Position numbers and translations under genes: made by a program | Origin: a virus | Lineage: Duplodnaviria; Caudoviricetes | DNA: 50,356 nucleotides | Strand: one strand, 5' to 3' | IMG/VR virus record: IMGVR_UViG_3300032280_000468 | Location: 1 to 50,356 of that record | Part shown: one piece after another, positions 1 through 10,746 of the stretch | Numbering within the stretch: position 1 is the stretch's first letter | Layout of the letters: every line of letters begins with the position of its first letter | Notes under the pieces: model-generated | Told to the model about the DNA's origin: nothing | Database searches by the model: none | The model's input: the letters and a program-made list of their open reading frames with translations, nothing else

Positions 1-40
1 AAAGCTTGACGAATAACAATTAAAAACAAAGTTACCTAAA

Positions 41-3000
41 ATGGCAGGAACACAAAATAGTATTAGCTCCTTATTAGCACAGTTTCTAAGGCTTCAGAAG
101 AACTCTCTCGAGATAATGAATGGCCTTACAGAGGCTACAGTTTCAACTAACGATACTGTTAGCATCGAGGTTTTAGATGAACAAGGACTTCCTAAAAACG
201 CTAATGTTCCATCTTATGGTTATCTGAAAAGTCAGATAGACCGATTGGATAATAATGTTAAAGCATTAGCGGGAATTGGAGAAACATCAGCGACAGTCAG
301 AAATCCGGACGGTACATATTCCCAGGTTTATAAAGCAGAAACGCTAAAAGAACCTCAGAGAATAACTAATCTTTCCGTACCTAGCACTTTTAGTGTTAAA
401 GATAACTGGTTCTTTGAGAGTTTTTTAAATCCGCTACTTTACATCAATGTAAATGTTACCGGGCAGGTACAGGATCTAGCAGACAGAATAGTAGTAAAAA
501 GAATTATAGCAAACACCGAAACAGATGAACAGAAACAGTATTTCGATCTACAGCTTAAAGGTAGAAATGACTTATCTTATGACCAATTTATTTCCTTATT
601 GGGAGATAATGGTATTGGGTATTTCGTTGATGAGGATATAATTCCTCTACCATTAAGAACAATCCGATATATCGGGGGATTTTCTGTACTTGGATATTAT
701 GATGACACGTTAACAACTACCGATCAATTCGGTAATCAGGTTCAGCAGCTAAGAAGAAACTATAAGCTCGATAAATTAACTTACACAGATACAGTCTCTG
801 GTGTTCCCGATGGTAAAACCCTGGATGTAAATGAAGTAATAACAACCGAGGACGGGAGTAGATATCAAGTAACATCGGTTAACTCTGATCAGGCTTCAAT
901 CCAGGTAAGGAGAGTTTCTGGCTACCAGCCAATACAAATCGGAGCAAACGTTCTAACCATATCTTCACCTGATTTTGGTGCTAGAAATGTACAAGTAAAC
1001 GTCGGATATAACGAGAGACAAGGAGTTTTCTTTAAAGGCATAGACGATTCATTTAATATAGTAGGTGCAGTTTGGTCGACTGGTATTATATTCTGGAGTA
1101 ATGAACTCAGAACAAAGAATTCCAACGGTGAAATAGTAACCCTAGAGAATTATTACCTTAACGAGGTTTCAGATTTCGGCAAGATATTTCTAGGAGCTGC
1201 TAAAGAAAAACCAATTCCAGCAATTCAAGGATTAACCCCTGATGCTCCTCTTGTTACTACTAATAGCTTTAAAGTTGTACAGGTAAATAAGCAGGTAACT
1301 CAATCCGTTTCTGCTAAAACAATAGAGAGTAAATTGAATGCGAAGACCGCTTTAAAAAGTGAGATCGCTGCTCTAGACTCTGCTATAAATGATGCACAAG
1401 CCCAATTAAATGTCGGGCTTAGCCAAACAACAGCATCATCAAATACTTCTGGATCAATCACTAATAAATCCGTTGCTGCAAGTACTGCAACATCACCTCC
1501 GGGTGTAAATAGCGATTCAGTTAAGGCTAATCTTAATAATCTGGTAAATGAGAGGGTAAAAAAGGTACAACTATATTCATCCTTGGTAGAGGAGGTGAGC
1601 ACACTATCTAAGGATGTTCCCCAGCTACTTACCGCTCCTAAATATAGAGTAAGAGGATTCTGGCCAATGCCTGCTCCTAAGGAGGATCCAAATACCGGAT
1701 CACAAAGTGTAATTCAGTTTTCGGTTAGATATAGATATCTTAGCGACAGTGGATCTGCGCAGCCATCGGAACAAATAGAATTTGTTGATAATGATGGGCA
1801 GAAAAAAAATGCAGCTTTTTCTAACTGGACTGAATATAAAACGGACATTAGAAAAAAAGTTTACGATTCAGCCAAAGGTATTTATGTTTGGGCTGATGAG
1901 GTAACATCTGATTCCAATGTACAGAACATAAATCAGCTTGATATCGCTATTACTAAGGGTGAAAGATTAGAAATACAGGTTGCTTCAATATCAGAAGCCG
2001 GATGGCCTTCAAATCCTTTAGCATCTGGATATTCTGAATCCGTTATTATTTCTTTCCCTGACGATCTTAGCGTTAATGGTGTTTCTGATACAGTTCTAAA
2101 AAATAACCAGGATGTAGCGGTAGTTGAGGTTCAAAAATCATTGGATGCTCAGGGTCTTCCCGTTCATCTTTCTCAGCAATTTACTGAGAATGGTAAGACA
2201 TACGTTCATGATTCAACTAGTATATCCAGCGGTTTTTATAATTCCAGTGGTCTTGTTATCAGTCTATTTGATAAAATGCAGGAAATGCAGAATCAGATAA
2301 TTCAGTTGACTGCACAGCTTAATAACGCTAAAGGTGTACTTGAAGTATATGTTGTCGATTCAACAAATAACAAGATAAAGGTTTCTAAGGGATCGCTTGT
2401 TAAGATTAATGCTGGATATTATAGCGACATTTTTACGAATCCGCTTACAACAGATGCCGGTAAGATATCTTCTTTTACCTATAACGTACAGCTTTATAAC
2501 GCACAAGCTTCTTTAGTTGAACTATCTTCTCTTATACCAGGAGGCCTTGCAGTTAAGGCTCCTTCGACGGTTGCTCCTAACACATATCCGGTTGGTTATG
2601 ACGATAATTTAAGATATGGAGATTGCCCTATATCTATAACATCTCTAACATTATCGGATACGTCTATAGAGGATAATACATATTTCCGACAAGCACCTCC
2701 TTTTGCTTCTGCGAGTGCTTACTCTCAATACATTTATCCTAGATTTAAGAGCGTTGGATATGACCAGGATCTATATAACGGAGGAGTAACAAACTCATCC
2801 AGCTTTACCTCGATATACGATCCAAGTTATGCTTATGATGGATCTATATCAGGTACTATAAATTTCGGGATCAGTGGAACATATCCACAGAATGGAACAA
2901 TAATGATCCCATATTCACCCGCATCTACTCCAACCGTAGTTTCTGGAGCAACAGCTTCGAATATATGGAACGGAACATTTAGTGCTACCACTGGAGGTAC

Positions 3001-3649
3001 ACCTATTGGTGGAGCAGCTATTTCTGAATTCTGTATAGATATCAATCACCCATATCTAACACAAGTTGGTGAAAGTTATTCATTTGTTGACTATGCAGAT
3101 TTAGTTAAACCTTATGCTGCTAGCACCAAAGTTTATCCTCCATTCAGGCATACCCAGACATTCTGGGGTGACACCACTTTAGATTATTACTGGGTACAAC
3201 AATCATACAGAATACCTTCTGCATTTGCAACTGGTGCTACTGCTTCTAGAGATGATCGAATGTATGCTGATAAGTTAGGCTTTACTTCAAATGACGAATA
3301 CCTAATCGGTAAGTTCTCTTGTGGAGCTTATCTCTATCTTGGTCCATCTTCATCTTCATCCGTTCAAGTTGACGGAAGTACCTCATTATCTACTAGAGCA
3401 CTAGCTGATGGTGAAACTAATGCCATCAATATTCCTTTAATCTTCCAATTTAGAGCGGTAGATAAAGCTGGATTTATAGGGGGATGGAGAAAATCCGGTA
3501 CTTTATCCAATATTACATATACTAAAAAAGTAGGTGTTGATATACAGGTTAAAAATGAGGATATCTTCTCTTTCGATGTACAAATAAGTGGATCCTATAA
3601 GAACGATACACTCGTTGCTCCTAACTTCGATAGTGGAACAACTAGTTAA
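41..3649 (+). CDS. Large virion structural protein (baseplate/tail-associated, 1202 aa)
   Basis: Long S/T/G/N-rich ORF with two coiled-coil segments and beta-rich regions, in an operon with fibre and tail-tube-like genes. The specific role is inferred from context only. Confidence 0.6.
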   Translation: MAGTQNSISSLLAQFLRLQKNSLEIMNGLTEATVSTNDTVSIEVLDEQGLPKNANVPSYGYLKSQIDRLDNNVKALAGIGETSATVRNPDGTYSQVYKAETLKEPQRITNLSVPSTFSVKDNWFFESFLNPLLYINVNVTGQVQDLADRIVVKRIIANTETDEQKQYFDLQLKGRNDLSYDQFISLLGDNGIGYFVDEDIIPLPLRTIRYIGGFSVLGYYDDTLTTTDQFGNQVQQLRRNYKLDKLTYTDTVSGVPDGKTLDVNEVITTEDGSRYQVTSVNSDQASIQVRRVSGYQPIQIGANVLTISSPDFGARNVQVNVGYNERQGVFFKGIDDSFNIVGAVWSTGIIFWSNELRTKNSNGEIVTLENYYLNEVSDFGKIFLGAAKEKPIPAIQGLTPDAPLVTTNSFKVVQVNKQVTQSVSAKTIESKLNAKTALKSEIAALDSAINDAQAQLNVGLSQTTASSNTSGSITNKSVAASTATSPPGVNSDSVKANLNNLVNERVKKVQLYSSLVEEVSTLSKDVPQLLTAPKYRVRGFWPMPAPKEDPNTGSQSVIQFSVRYRYLSDSGSAQPSEQIEFVDNDGQKKNAAFSNWTEYKTDIRKKVYDSAKGIYVWADEVTSDSNVQNINQLDIAITKGERLEIQVASISEAGWPSNPLASGYSESVIISFPDDLSVNGVSDTVLKNNQDVAVVEVQKSLDAQGLPVHLSQQFTENGKTYVHDSTSISSGFYNSSGLVISLFDKMQEMQNQIIQLTAQLNNAKGVLEVYVVDSTNNKIKVSKGSLVKINAGYYSDIFTNPLTTDAGKISSFTYNVQLYNAQASLVELSSLIPGGLAVKAPSTVAPNTYPVGYDDNLRYGDCPISITSLTLSDTSIEDNTYFRQAPPFASASAYSQYIYPRFKSVGYDQDLYNGGVTNSSSFTSIYDPSYAYDGSISGTINFGISGTYPQNGTIMIPYSPASTPTVVSGATASNIWNGTFSATTGGTPIGGAAISEFCIDINHPYLTQVGESYSFVDYADLVKPYAASTKVYPPFRHTQTFWGDTTLDYYWVQQSYRIPSAFATGATASRDDRMYADKLGFTSNDEYLIGKFSCGAYLYLGPSSSSSVQVDGSTSLSTRALADGETNAINIPLIFQFRAVDKAGFIGGWRKSGTLSNITYTKKVGVDIQVKNEDIFSFDVQISGSYKNDTLVAPNFDSGTTS

Positions 3650-3669
3650 CAAACTAAAAAAAATTATTT

Positions 3670-6600
3670 ATGTCCGGAGCTAAACTTTTTGATTTTAACT
3701 CTTCCTTTTCTGTAATTAGAACGAATCCGAGACTGACTGGGAACTTTAAGATAACGCTGGATTCTAGCGGGAGCATTGCATTCAATTCTATGAGTGTCAA
3801 TACCATACTGAGCAATGACAGGTATAAGAAATTTAATATTACCGGAGAGAATAGTTTTGCACAGGACATATACCAATATTTTAATGAGGGTAACCTTTCT
3901 AATGAAATAATTTTTCAGATCGGAAGATTTACTAATGGACAATCCCAGGCAGCTACCAATTTTGATGAGCAGTATGACTTTTTCTATGCAAGTGGAGCTT
4001 CTGCTCTTCCTGATAAAAATTATGCGGAAAGTTTTAGTTATTTTGCTCCCCTTTGGATCAAGAATGAAATACCTGACTATTTTGTAATACTTAAAGTTCC
4101 TGGTCCGATGAATTATCCATATTCAACAAATCAGACTTCGATAACTGCAGGTACCCAATATAAAGTTGTACAGAATTATACTAGCGACGATTCATTTGTT
4201 GTATCATACGGAACTGATGCTAACGGAAATTCGATCGAATATAGTGATGGTGATATTTTTACCGGTAATAACCAAGCAACATCTTATAATATTTTAAGTG
4301 GTAGCGGATCTATTGTTATCTTTAATGAGCTTGCTAATCTTAGTCTAGTGAATGATGTAGATGCAACATTTAAAGAAAAAATATTACCTAATTGCTCTGT
4401 TGTTAAAACTTATGACTTAACGGAAAGCAGTAGGATAGGTAAATATATCAGGAAGATCTTCAATGACCCTAATTTTTCTAATTCTCCAATAGAGATAAGC
4501 TGGGGACCAAATTCTTATAGCTATTATAAGGGTATTTCTGTTTCCGATGGTGTTTTTACTAAAAAAGGAGAGATCCTATCACCATATCTTACTAAAGATG
4601 ATTCAGATTCTATGATTGACTTTGAATCCTATATAACTAATGGATTTTCCCGAAATAATGTAATATGTCCCAATCTTTTAAATCTTGAATTTCTTTTCGA
4701 CGACGCAGATTCGAATGACTATACCATCAATAGATATATGGGATTCTATGTTTCTAGAAACGATTTAGCAAGTCTAAGACTTAGTGGAGACTTCTTCTAT
4801 CAATATCGTGATCTCACAGGGAACAATGATTTACCAAAACCAACTAGAAATGATTTTGGCTATTATTACGATTCAACTTCATATGGGGTAACTTCCGATA
4901 CTGGGGTTAGGCTATTCTATGAAAATGCTACGGGATTTTTACCAGGATCTGATGATGTTAATCTATATGATCAGAGTAAGCTTTTCTATCTTACTGATAA
5001 GAATGGAAATTTCTATAGCTTAAAGAGGAATGAAGAATATCTGTCTTCTGGTGGGAATTCCCCAGCTTACAGCTATGGACCATTTAATACAATCAGTGGT
5101 CAATTTGCTGCTACCGGATCTACTGGTGCTACTTCTGGATCTCTAGTAATCCATAATAAAAGCACAGACCTTCTAAACTTTACTGGAATAAGCGACAAGG
5201 TTGCAACAATACCTGGAAGTATTCCAACAGACTCTGGGAGATCTTTATTGGAGGTTGAATTCTTACAATCATATAATTTAACTGGACGGATAACATTTAA
5301 AATTTATTGGCCGAACGGTAATTACAAAGAAGGATCAAGAAGATATGATATTGCTCAGTCTAACGATCTTTCTTCGATTATTCAATGGATAGATGGATCG
5401 TATTATAGCAGTGGTAGCACACACTTCTTTAACCCAATTGCCGCAGAATCTTCATCTATTGCTTTATCATTCTCTAATTTAATGGACGAGATAAATCCAG
5501 CAACGTGGGATTCTGGAACTAACTTGACATCAGCAGTAATTAGACTTAAGGATTATGGAACATATGGGAATACCTCATACAGTGTTAGCGTCTTTGATAA
5601 CTACGCTTACTTCGAGAGTAATTTCCAAAAAGAGTGGAATAACCTATCTGCATATCCAGTAAATAGCATAGTCATTTACAATGGGTCGTATTATCAGGCA
5701 AATACATCGGTGTCTGCTCCATCTCCTGGTAATTTTAACGATTCTCCAGATTCTTCAAGTAATTGGAATCTATATAACACATTCTCTAGTCCGGGATATT
5801 TAAAAATAAATGGTCAAGAAGCATCTAACCTAACTGGTGTAGTTTATTTTGATGGTGGTACGAGATTACCAAATAATAGAATAATTTTCCCCTCTATTTA
5901 CGAGGGATTTGTTAACGAGGGTGATTTCATATTAACCAAAACTGGAAAAACAAAAATTTCTAGCATTAGCAAATATGTTGATGATCCTGTGATAGATCCG
6001 GATACTAAAAAGATAACTGGATTCAATAATTTCACTTATTTAAGGGTTGCAGTATTGGAGGATGAAAATTCTGTGGTAGATCTCGGATCTGATAAATCTT
6101 TTAATGTCTATAAATCTGCTAGTCTATACCTGGGTGTTTTTAGCTTCTTTGATATGAAAGAATTCGACTTCGACTTTCTTAGTTCGAATTATGGATATAC
6201 CCCCACTGACGAGACGTATAAATATTTTCAAATCCAACCAGGTGCTTCCGGATCGATATCACCAAACATATCTTACATAATAAAACAAGGACAGATATCA
6301 TATGCGAACACTCTATATTCTCAGGGAGGGATTTTCTATGGAGCTACTGGATATGGGTATTTCGAAAATGCCAATCCTAATCAGAATGACCCTGTTGTTG
6401 TTTTTCCCGCTGAATATTCTAAGATTCAGTATAGTTCTACCCCAACTACATACTCTACGATCGATTATAACAACGATTTAAACGCTTTTAATGGGTTTAT
6501 CGGTATACAGTCTATAGATTCAAATCCATTGCCCAGTACTGCAACAAAAATAGAGATTTTTAATAAGGGTAAATTGAACAATGAATATGATTATCTTAAG

Positions 6601-9156
6601 GAAAACTATACCCCTACAAGATCCAATCTTTCCAGAATAGTTCCGTTCATAAACAAATGGGGTTATTCATCAGGAACAGATGCCAGAGGTAATCTATATA
6701 GATTGAATTCGAGTCCAGCATTTACCCCAACTAACTTTTCTCCAAGTTTAGATAGAGATTCCGCTGACCCTAGATATGTTACCCACGAGTGGTTTTTGCT
6801 AGAATCAACACCTAGACATTTTCCTGTAGAAAAAATGCAAGATCAAAATAGCTATCTACCTGGAAAAATAGATTTATCGAAAGCAAGGAGTGCGGATCCT
6901 GCTGATTATCTGTATCTTTCATCTTTCTTTACGGTTGAGCCGTCAGATTATCCAGTAGAATATAGGGATCTTACTTCCTATACTAAAGAATTATTTACTC
7001 CGTTCGTCTATAATGAATCTAGTGGATTTTACGAAACCCTATTTAGAGGTATTAAAGTGGTTCTGAAGAAAAGATCTTCTTTAACTAATACAGAGTCTAA
7101 CTCTTTAGATAAGTATATCCCATCGTACAGAGGATATGAGAAGTACAAGTTTGCGGCTATAATTAGGGTAGTTGACGCAGACGATTCAGTGATACAGGAA
7201 CCGGTTACCTATGAAATAATAGAAAATGCTCAGCAACAGTTCGTTCTATTTGTTTGTTATGTTGTAATTGACGATTACAAGGCATTTACCTTAGGTCACA
7301 CCGGATCAACAGGGGGAGATCCAATTTTAGATTACACTCTATTGTACTCTTTAAGCAACAAGGAGAAGCTAAGTTACCCTCTAAATAACGGGGATAGCTA
7401 TTATTCAGTTGATGACATTAAATTAAGTTGTGGATTGGATCTATCCCTAGCTTCTGGTAGTATTGTAAATCAGACACTATATCCAGGAATAATCTATTCA
7501 ATAGATAATCCATTATATGATACGGATCTTAGAGAAGAGATAAGTGTATATTATCAGCAGAATTCTGCTGGTGCAACTTCAGGTCCTTCACCTACCGGTA
7601 AAGGTAGTTTCTATGTAACAGACTTGAGTACGCAGTATCCGTGGCCTACTGGAATAGCTAAAAACTTTTTAGAATTTGGTAAGGTTGCTACTGGATCTGC
7701 TGCTTATACATTTACTATTCCGTTCTCAACGTCAAATCCGGTTACCGTCCCGGTTGGACCATCCTCTGTTTATAGAGGAGAGCCAGTTTTTCAAGTTCAA
7801 GGAGGAGAGGGATATTACGATTTTATACTCAAGAGGACTTCTGCTTCTGACGTTGCAAAAAGAGTTAATTCAGGATCACCGTATATCACATATAAGACGT
7901 ACTCGTGGAACGTTAGCTCATTAACTACTGATGTGTCTGATAATTCATTTGAGCTGTATTTACAAAAGCCTACCAGAGTTATAAAAGGTAAAGGGTCTAG
8001 ACCGGTTAAGTTTTTTGGAGGTCCTAGCACTGTCGGTGATTATAATCCAACCTCTTACATCATAGAGAAAAACCAAAATTTACCTTCTACCCTATTAAGA
8101 TATTCGGGTGGATATTCGCCCTTATTTAGAAAAATAATTCATTTTGATAAGGATAAAAGTGATACGATTTATTCTGATAGCTCCGTAGATCTTTCTTTTA
8201 GAAATTGCAACTTTGCACCTAGTAAGCAATACTTTGGTATTTCCAGAAATCTTCCATTCACAAAAGTTTCTCTTTCCAATAATATATTAAATCCGTCTGA
8301 GAAACTTCCTGAGGGAGCAGTTTACCCACTAATTGGACAAACACCAATATCTTTCAAGAATTTCAATTTGTTCTCCTCTTCTTGGGATCCTGGGTATTAT
8401 CAAAGGTTCTTAAACTCTACTAATTTCGTATATGTTGCAGGAACTAGATCTATGAAGGAATATAAAACTTTCTTAGGATCTAAAATTATGAAAACCCCTA
8501 ATGATTTATCCTTTGGTAACTATATAACTCTTCAGATATCTAGAGATTCCGGAAATGTAAATTCAAATATCATAAATCAGGACATATCTAGTTACATTAA
8601 ATCGATACAAGAAATAACACCTTCTAATTCAACCCAGGGAATAGGATCGGTTGGACCATATCTTTCCGGTGTTGATTACGATAAGTTAGATCCAGGAGTA
8701 TTTAAGGATTCTGAAATTATATGGCAATATTTCCCTCTATCAAACCAAATAAAGGGAATTATAAGATTGGATAGAATTCTTAGAAGATATCTTCTAAATT
8801 CAGGGATAAAACAGGTATTTATAGAAAATATGATTTCCGAATTTGGAGTAGGAAATCCAGATTCCATAAACGATGATGTTAACAACTACATAGACATAAA
8901 TATACTCCCTCTATACCAGGGTAATTCTTTGGATTTATTCGTAAGTAAAAGTACGTCCAACGACAACGGTTTTTATAGCAATGATCTTATAGTTAGAGGT
9001 GATATAGATCCATCTGATAAGTTTAAGTTGGGTTACCTGCTGGATCCTAATTATAGACTAACTAAGCAGACTAATCTGATTTATAATTTTGAATACAATT
9101 TAGAGGGGAACTATAACTACTCTATGCTGTTTAATCTTGGAATAAATAAAATATAA
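3670..9156 (+). CDS. Very large virion structural protein (1828 aa)
   Basis: Long ORF 20 nt after the previous gene; S/T/Y/N-rich; contains a CBM5/12-like module (WNNLSAYPVNSIVIYNGSYYQA...W); structural context. Confidence 0.6.
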   Translation: MSGAKLFDFNSSFSVIRTNPRLTGNFKITLDSSGSIAFNSMSVNTILSNDRYKKFNITGENSFAQDIYQYFNEGNLSNEIIFQIGRFTNGQSQAATNFDEQYDFFYASGASALPDKNYAESFSYFAPLWIKNEIPDYFVILKVPGPMNYPYSTNQTSITAGTQYKVVQNYTSDDSFVVSYGTDANGNSIEYSDGDIFTGNNQATSYNILSGSGSIVIFNELANLSLVNDVDATFKEKILPNCSVVKTYDLTESSRIGKYIRKIFNDPNFSNSPIEISWGPNSYSYYKGISVSDGVFTKKGEILSPYLTKDDSDSMIDFESYITNGFSRNNVICPNLLNLEFLFDDADSNDYTINRYMGFYVSRNDLASLRLSGDFFYQYRDLTGNNDLPKPTRNDFGYYYDSTSYGVTSDTGVRLFYENATGFLPGSDDVNLYDQSKLFYLTDKNGNFYSLKRNEEYLSSGGNSPAYSYGPFNTISGQFAATGSTGATSGSLVIHNKSTDLLNFTGISDKVATIPGSIPTDSGRSLLEVEFLQSYNLTGRITFKIYWPNGNYKEGSRRYDIAQSNDLSSIIQWIDGSYYSSGSTHFFNPIAAESSSIALSFSNLMDEINPATWDSGTNLTSAVIRLKDYGTYGNTSYSVSVFDNYAYFESNFQKEWNNLSAYPVNSIVIYNGSYYQANTSVSAPSPGNFNDSPDSSSNWNLYNTFSSPGYLKINGQEASNLTGVVYFDGGTRLPNNRIIFPSIYEGFVNEGDFILTKTGKTKISSISKYVDDPVIDPDTKKITGFNNFTYLRVAVLEDENSVVDLGSDKSFNVYKSASLYLGVFSFFDMKEFDFDFLSSNYGYTPTDETYKYFQIQPGASGSISPNISYIIKQGQISYANTLYSQGGIFYGATGYGYFENANPNQNDPVVVFPAEYSKIQYSSTPTTYSTIDYNNDLNAFNGFIGIQSIDSNPLPSTATKIEIFNKGKLNNEYDYLKENYTPTRSNLSRIVPFINKWGYSSGTDARGNLYRLNSSPAFTPTNFSPSLDRDSADPRYVTHEWFLLESTPRHFPVEKMQDQNSYLPGKIDLSKARSADPADYLYLSSFFTVEPSDYPVEYRDLTSYTKELFTPFVYNESSGFYETLFRGIKVVLKKRSSLTNTESNSLDKYIPSYRGYEKYKFAAIIRVVDADDSVIQEPVTYEIIENAQQQFVLFVCYVVIDDYKAFTLGHTGSTGGDPILDYTLLYSLSNKEKLSYPLNNGDSYYSVDDIKLSCGLDLSLASGSIVNQTLYPGIIYSIDNPLYDTDLREEISVYYQQNSAGATSGPSPTGKGSFYVTDLSTQYPWPTGIAKNFLEFGKVATGSAAYTFTIPFSTSNPVTVPVGPSSVYRGEPVFQVQGGEGYYDFILKRTSASDVAKRVNSGSPYITYKTYSWNVSSLTTDVSDNSFELYLQKPTRVIKGKGSRPVKFFGGPSTVGDYNPTSYIIEKNQNLPSTLLRYSGGYSPLFRKIIHFDKDKSDTIYSDSSVDLSFRNCNFAPSKQYFGISRNLPFTKVSLSNNILNPSEKLPEGAVYPLIGQTPISFKNFNLFSSSWDPGYYQRFLNSTNFVYVAGTRSMKEYKTFLGSKIMKTPNDLSFGNYITLQISRDSGNVNSNIINQDISSYIKSIQEITPSNSTQGIGSVGPYLSGVDYDKLDPGVFKDSEIIWQYFPLSNQIKGIIRLDRILRRYLLNSGIKQVFIENMISEFGVGNPDSINDDVNNYIDINILPLYQGNSLDLFVSKSTSNDNGFYSNDLIVRGDIDPSDKFKLGYLLDPNYRLTKQTNLIYNFEYNLEGNYNYSMLFNLGINKI

Positions 9157-9158
9157 CG

Positions 9159-10721
9159 ATGCCGATAACTAATATTCAATATGTAAATAACGGAGACGAC
9201 GAATCTGAATTTATCGATAAGGTAAATCATAATTTCGACGAGGTTATAGAGGCACATGGGGGATCCCAGGGAATAGTAGGTCCCACTGGTTCTATAGGAG
9301 CCATAGGAGATTCGGGGTCCGCTGGTGCTACTGGTGTATCTGGACCTAGAGGGACTAGATGGTTTGCCCAGAATTCCCAGCCATCAGGAAGTGGTAATAC
9401 TGTCACGGATGGTGATTTCTGGGTGGAAACAACAACCGGTGATATTTATGAATTTACCGAAAGCGGATGGACAGATACTGGGTATTCATTGGCTTCAGGA
9501 TCTTCCATATTCGCAACAACTCAATCTTCACAAATATCTGGAGGGACTGGAAATTCGATTCTATTAAATCAGGTTATCCCATCTAAGTATCTTTTTATTC
9601 TAGCTGATTCTACATCTTCATCCGGAATATTAAACGAAAATCTATCAAAATTTGTAATATCGACTGACACCACGGTAAATGATTCACCTTTGTTGGAATT
9701 TTCCAGAACAGATTTAGAGAACGGTACCATATCAGATTATTCCTTACATCCAACATTTGAGTGGCTGAATTTCTCATCTGCTGATAAGGGGTTGCTTCTT
9801 CAAATACCCGGAGGTGCTTTTTATATCGGAGCTTCTGGAGGATTTGAATCTGTTTCAAATTCCTTAACGATAACATCTTCAACTAGTAGATTTGATGTTA
9901 ATTATGGTGCAACTTCTGGATCAGGTATACATGCAACTGGTGGTATCAATATAAATTCACCGTCAGGTACTTTTAATTTTATTAGTCCCTACTTCAATCT
10001 GACGGGACCTTCCGGATCGATGAATAGTCCAGTGATAAACTCCATGTTTTCTTCACCGTCAACCAGTAGTCCATATTCGGTTTATCTTTATTCTAGTGGA
10101 ACTGGAGATTCATTGGTTACTACCCGATTGGGTGACACTTTCGATAAGCTTTCGCATAACGTGTACCACATATCTTTAGAGAATTCTGACGGGAAGGAAT
10201 TCTATATCGATACCAAAGGTAAGATAATGACTAGGAAGATATATTCCCCGGTAACGTACGGGAACATTTATTCTTCAGCAACCGGTACGGTTGGAGCTAA
10301 TCTGGTAAACTGGTACACCATAACCCCACCTTTTTCTTCATCGGGGGTAAAATTAACTAGTGGTAATACGATTGCTCTAACTCCATACGGAATACCAACT
10401 AGTAGTTACATTGGTGTTGGCATATCTAATATCATGTCAAATGCTTTGGGAACAACTGGCGGTATAGAGAACAACGAATCGATAGATGTAAGTGTGTATT
10501 TTTCACCAAACACAACACAAGCTGGTTATTCTGACGGTATAAAATATATCGGGAAAAGCACATCTTCTATAACCAGTGCTACTAATGTTGTTTCCCTACC
10601 TTTTAATGCAACATCTATAGATTTTACCATATCTAGAGGAGTTACTGGATCCGGATCAACTAGTGTTTATTATAGGGCATACGGCTCAGCTGGTGGAAGC
10701 GGAGGATCTTTTGTTCTTTGA
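9159..10721 (+). CDS. Collagen-repeat fibre/baseplate protein, paralog 1
   Basis: N-terminal GD...DKVNHNF motif (resembles the T4 gp9/gp10 N-terminus), 11 Gly-X-Y triplets, then the GDFW...IY fibre motif. Confidence 0.7.
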   Translation: MPITNIQYVNNGDDESEFIDKVNHNFDEVIEAHGGSQGIVGPTGSIGAIGDSGSAGATGVSGPRGTRWFAQNSQPSGSGNTVTDGDFWVETTTGDIYEFTESGWTDTGYSLASGSSIFATTQSSQISGGTGNSILLNQVIPSKYLFILADSTSSSGILNENLSKFVISTDTTVNDSPLLEFSRTDLENGTISDYSLHPTFEWLNFSSADKGLLLQIPGGAFYIGASGGFESVSNSLTITSSTSRFDVNYGATSGSGIHATGGININSPSGTFNFISPYFNLTGPSGSMNSPVINSMFSSPSTSSPYSVYLYSSGTGDSLVTTRLGDTFDKLSHNVYHISLENSDGKEFYIDTKGKIMTRKIYSPVTYGNIYSSATGTVGANLVNWYTITPPFSSSGVKLTSGNTIALTPYGIPTSSYIGVGISNIMSNALGTTGGIENNESIDVSVYFSPNTTQAGYSDGIKYIGKSTSSITSATNVVSLPFNATSIDFTISRGVTGSGSTSVYYRAYGSAGGSGGSFVL

Positions 10722-10727
10722 TATATA
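10720..10727 (+). promoter_or_regulatory. GATATATA putative late promoter
   Basis: Recurrent intergenic octamer, 19 nt upstream of fibre paralog 2. Confidence 0.55.
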
Positions 10728-10746
10728 CTATAGCAAAAATTAAGAA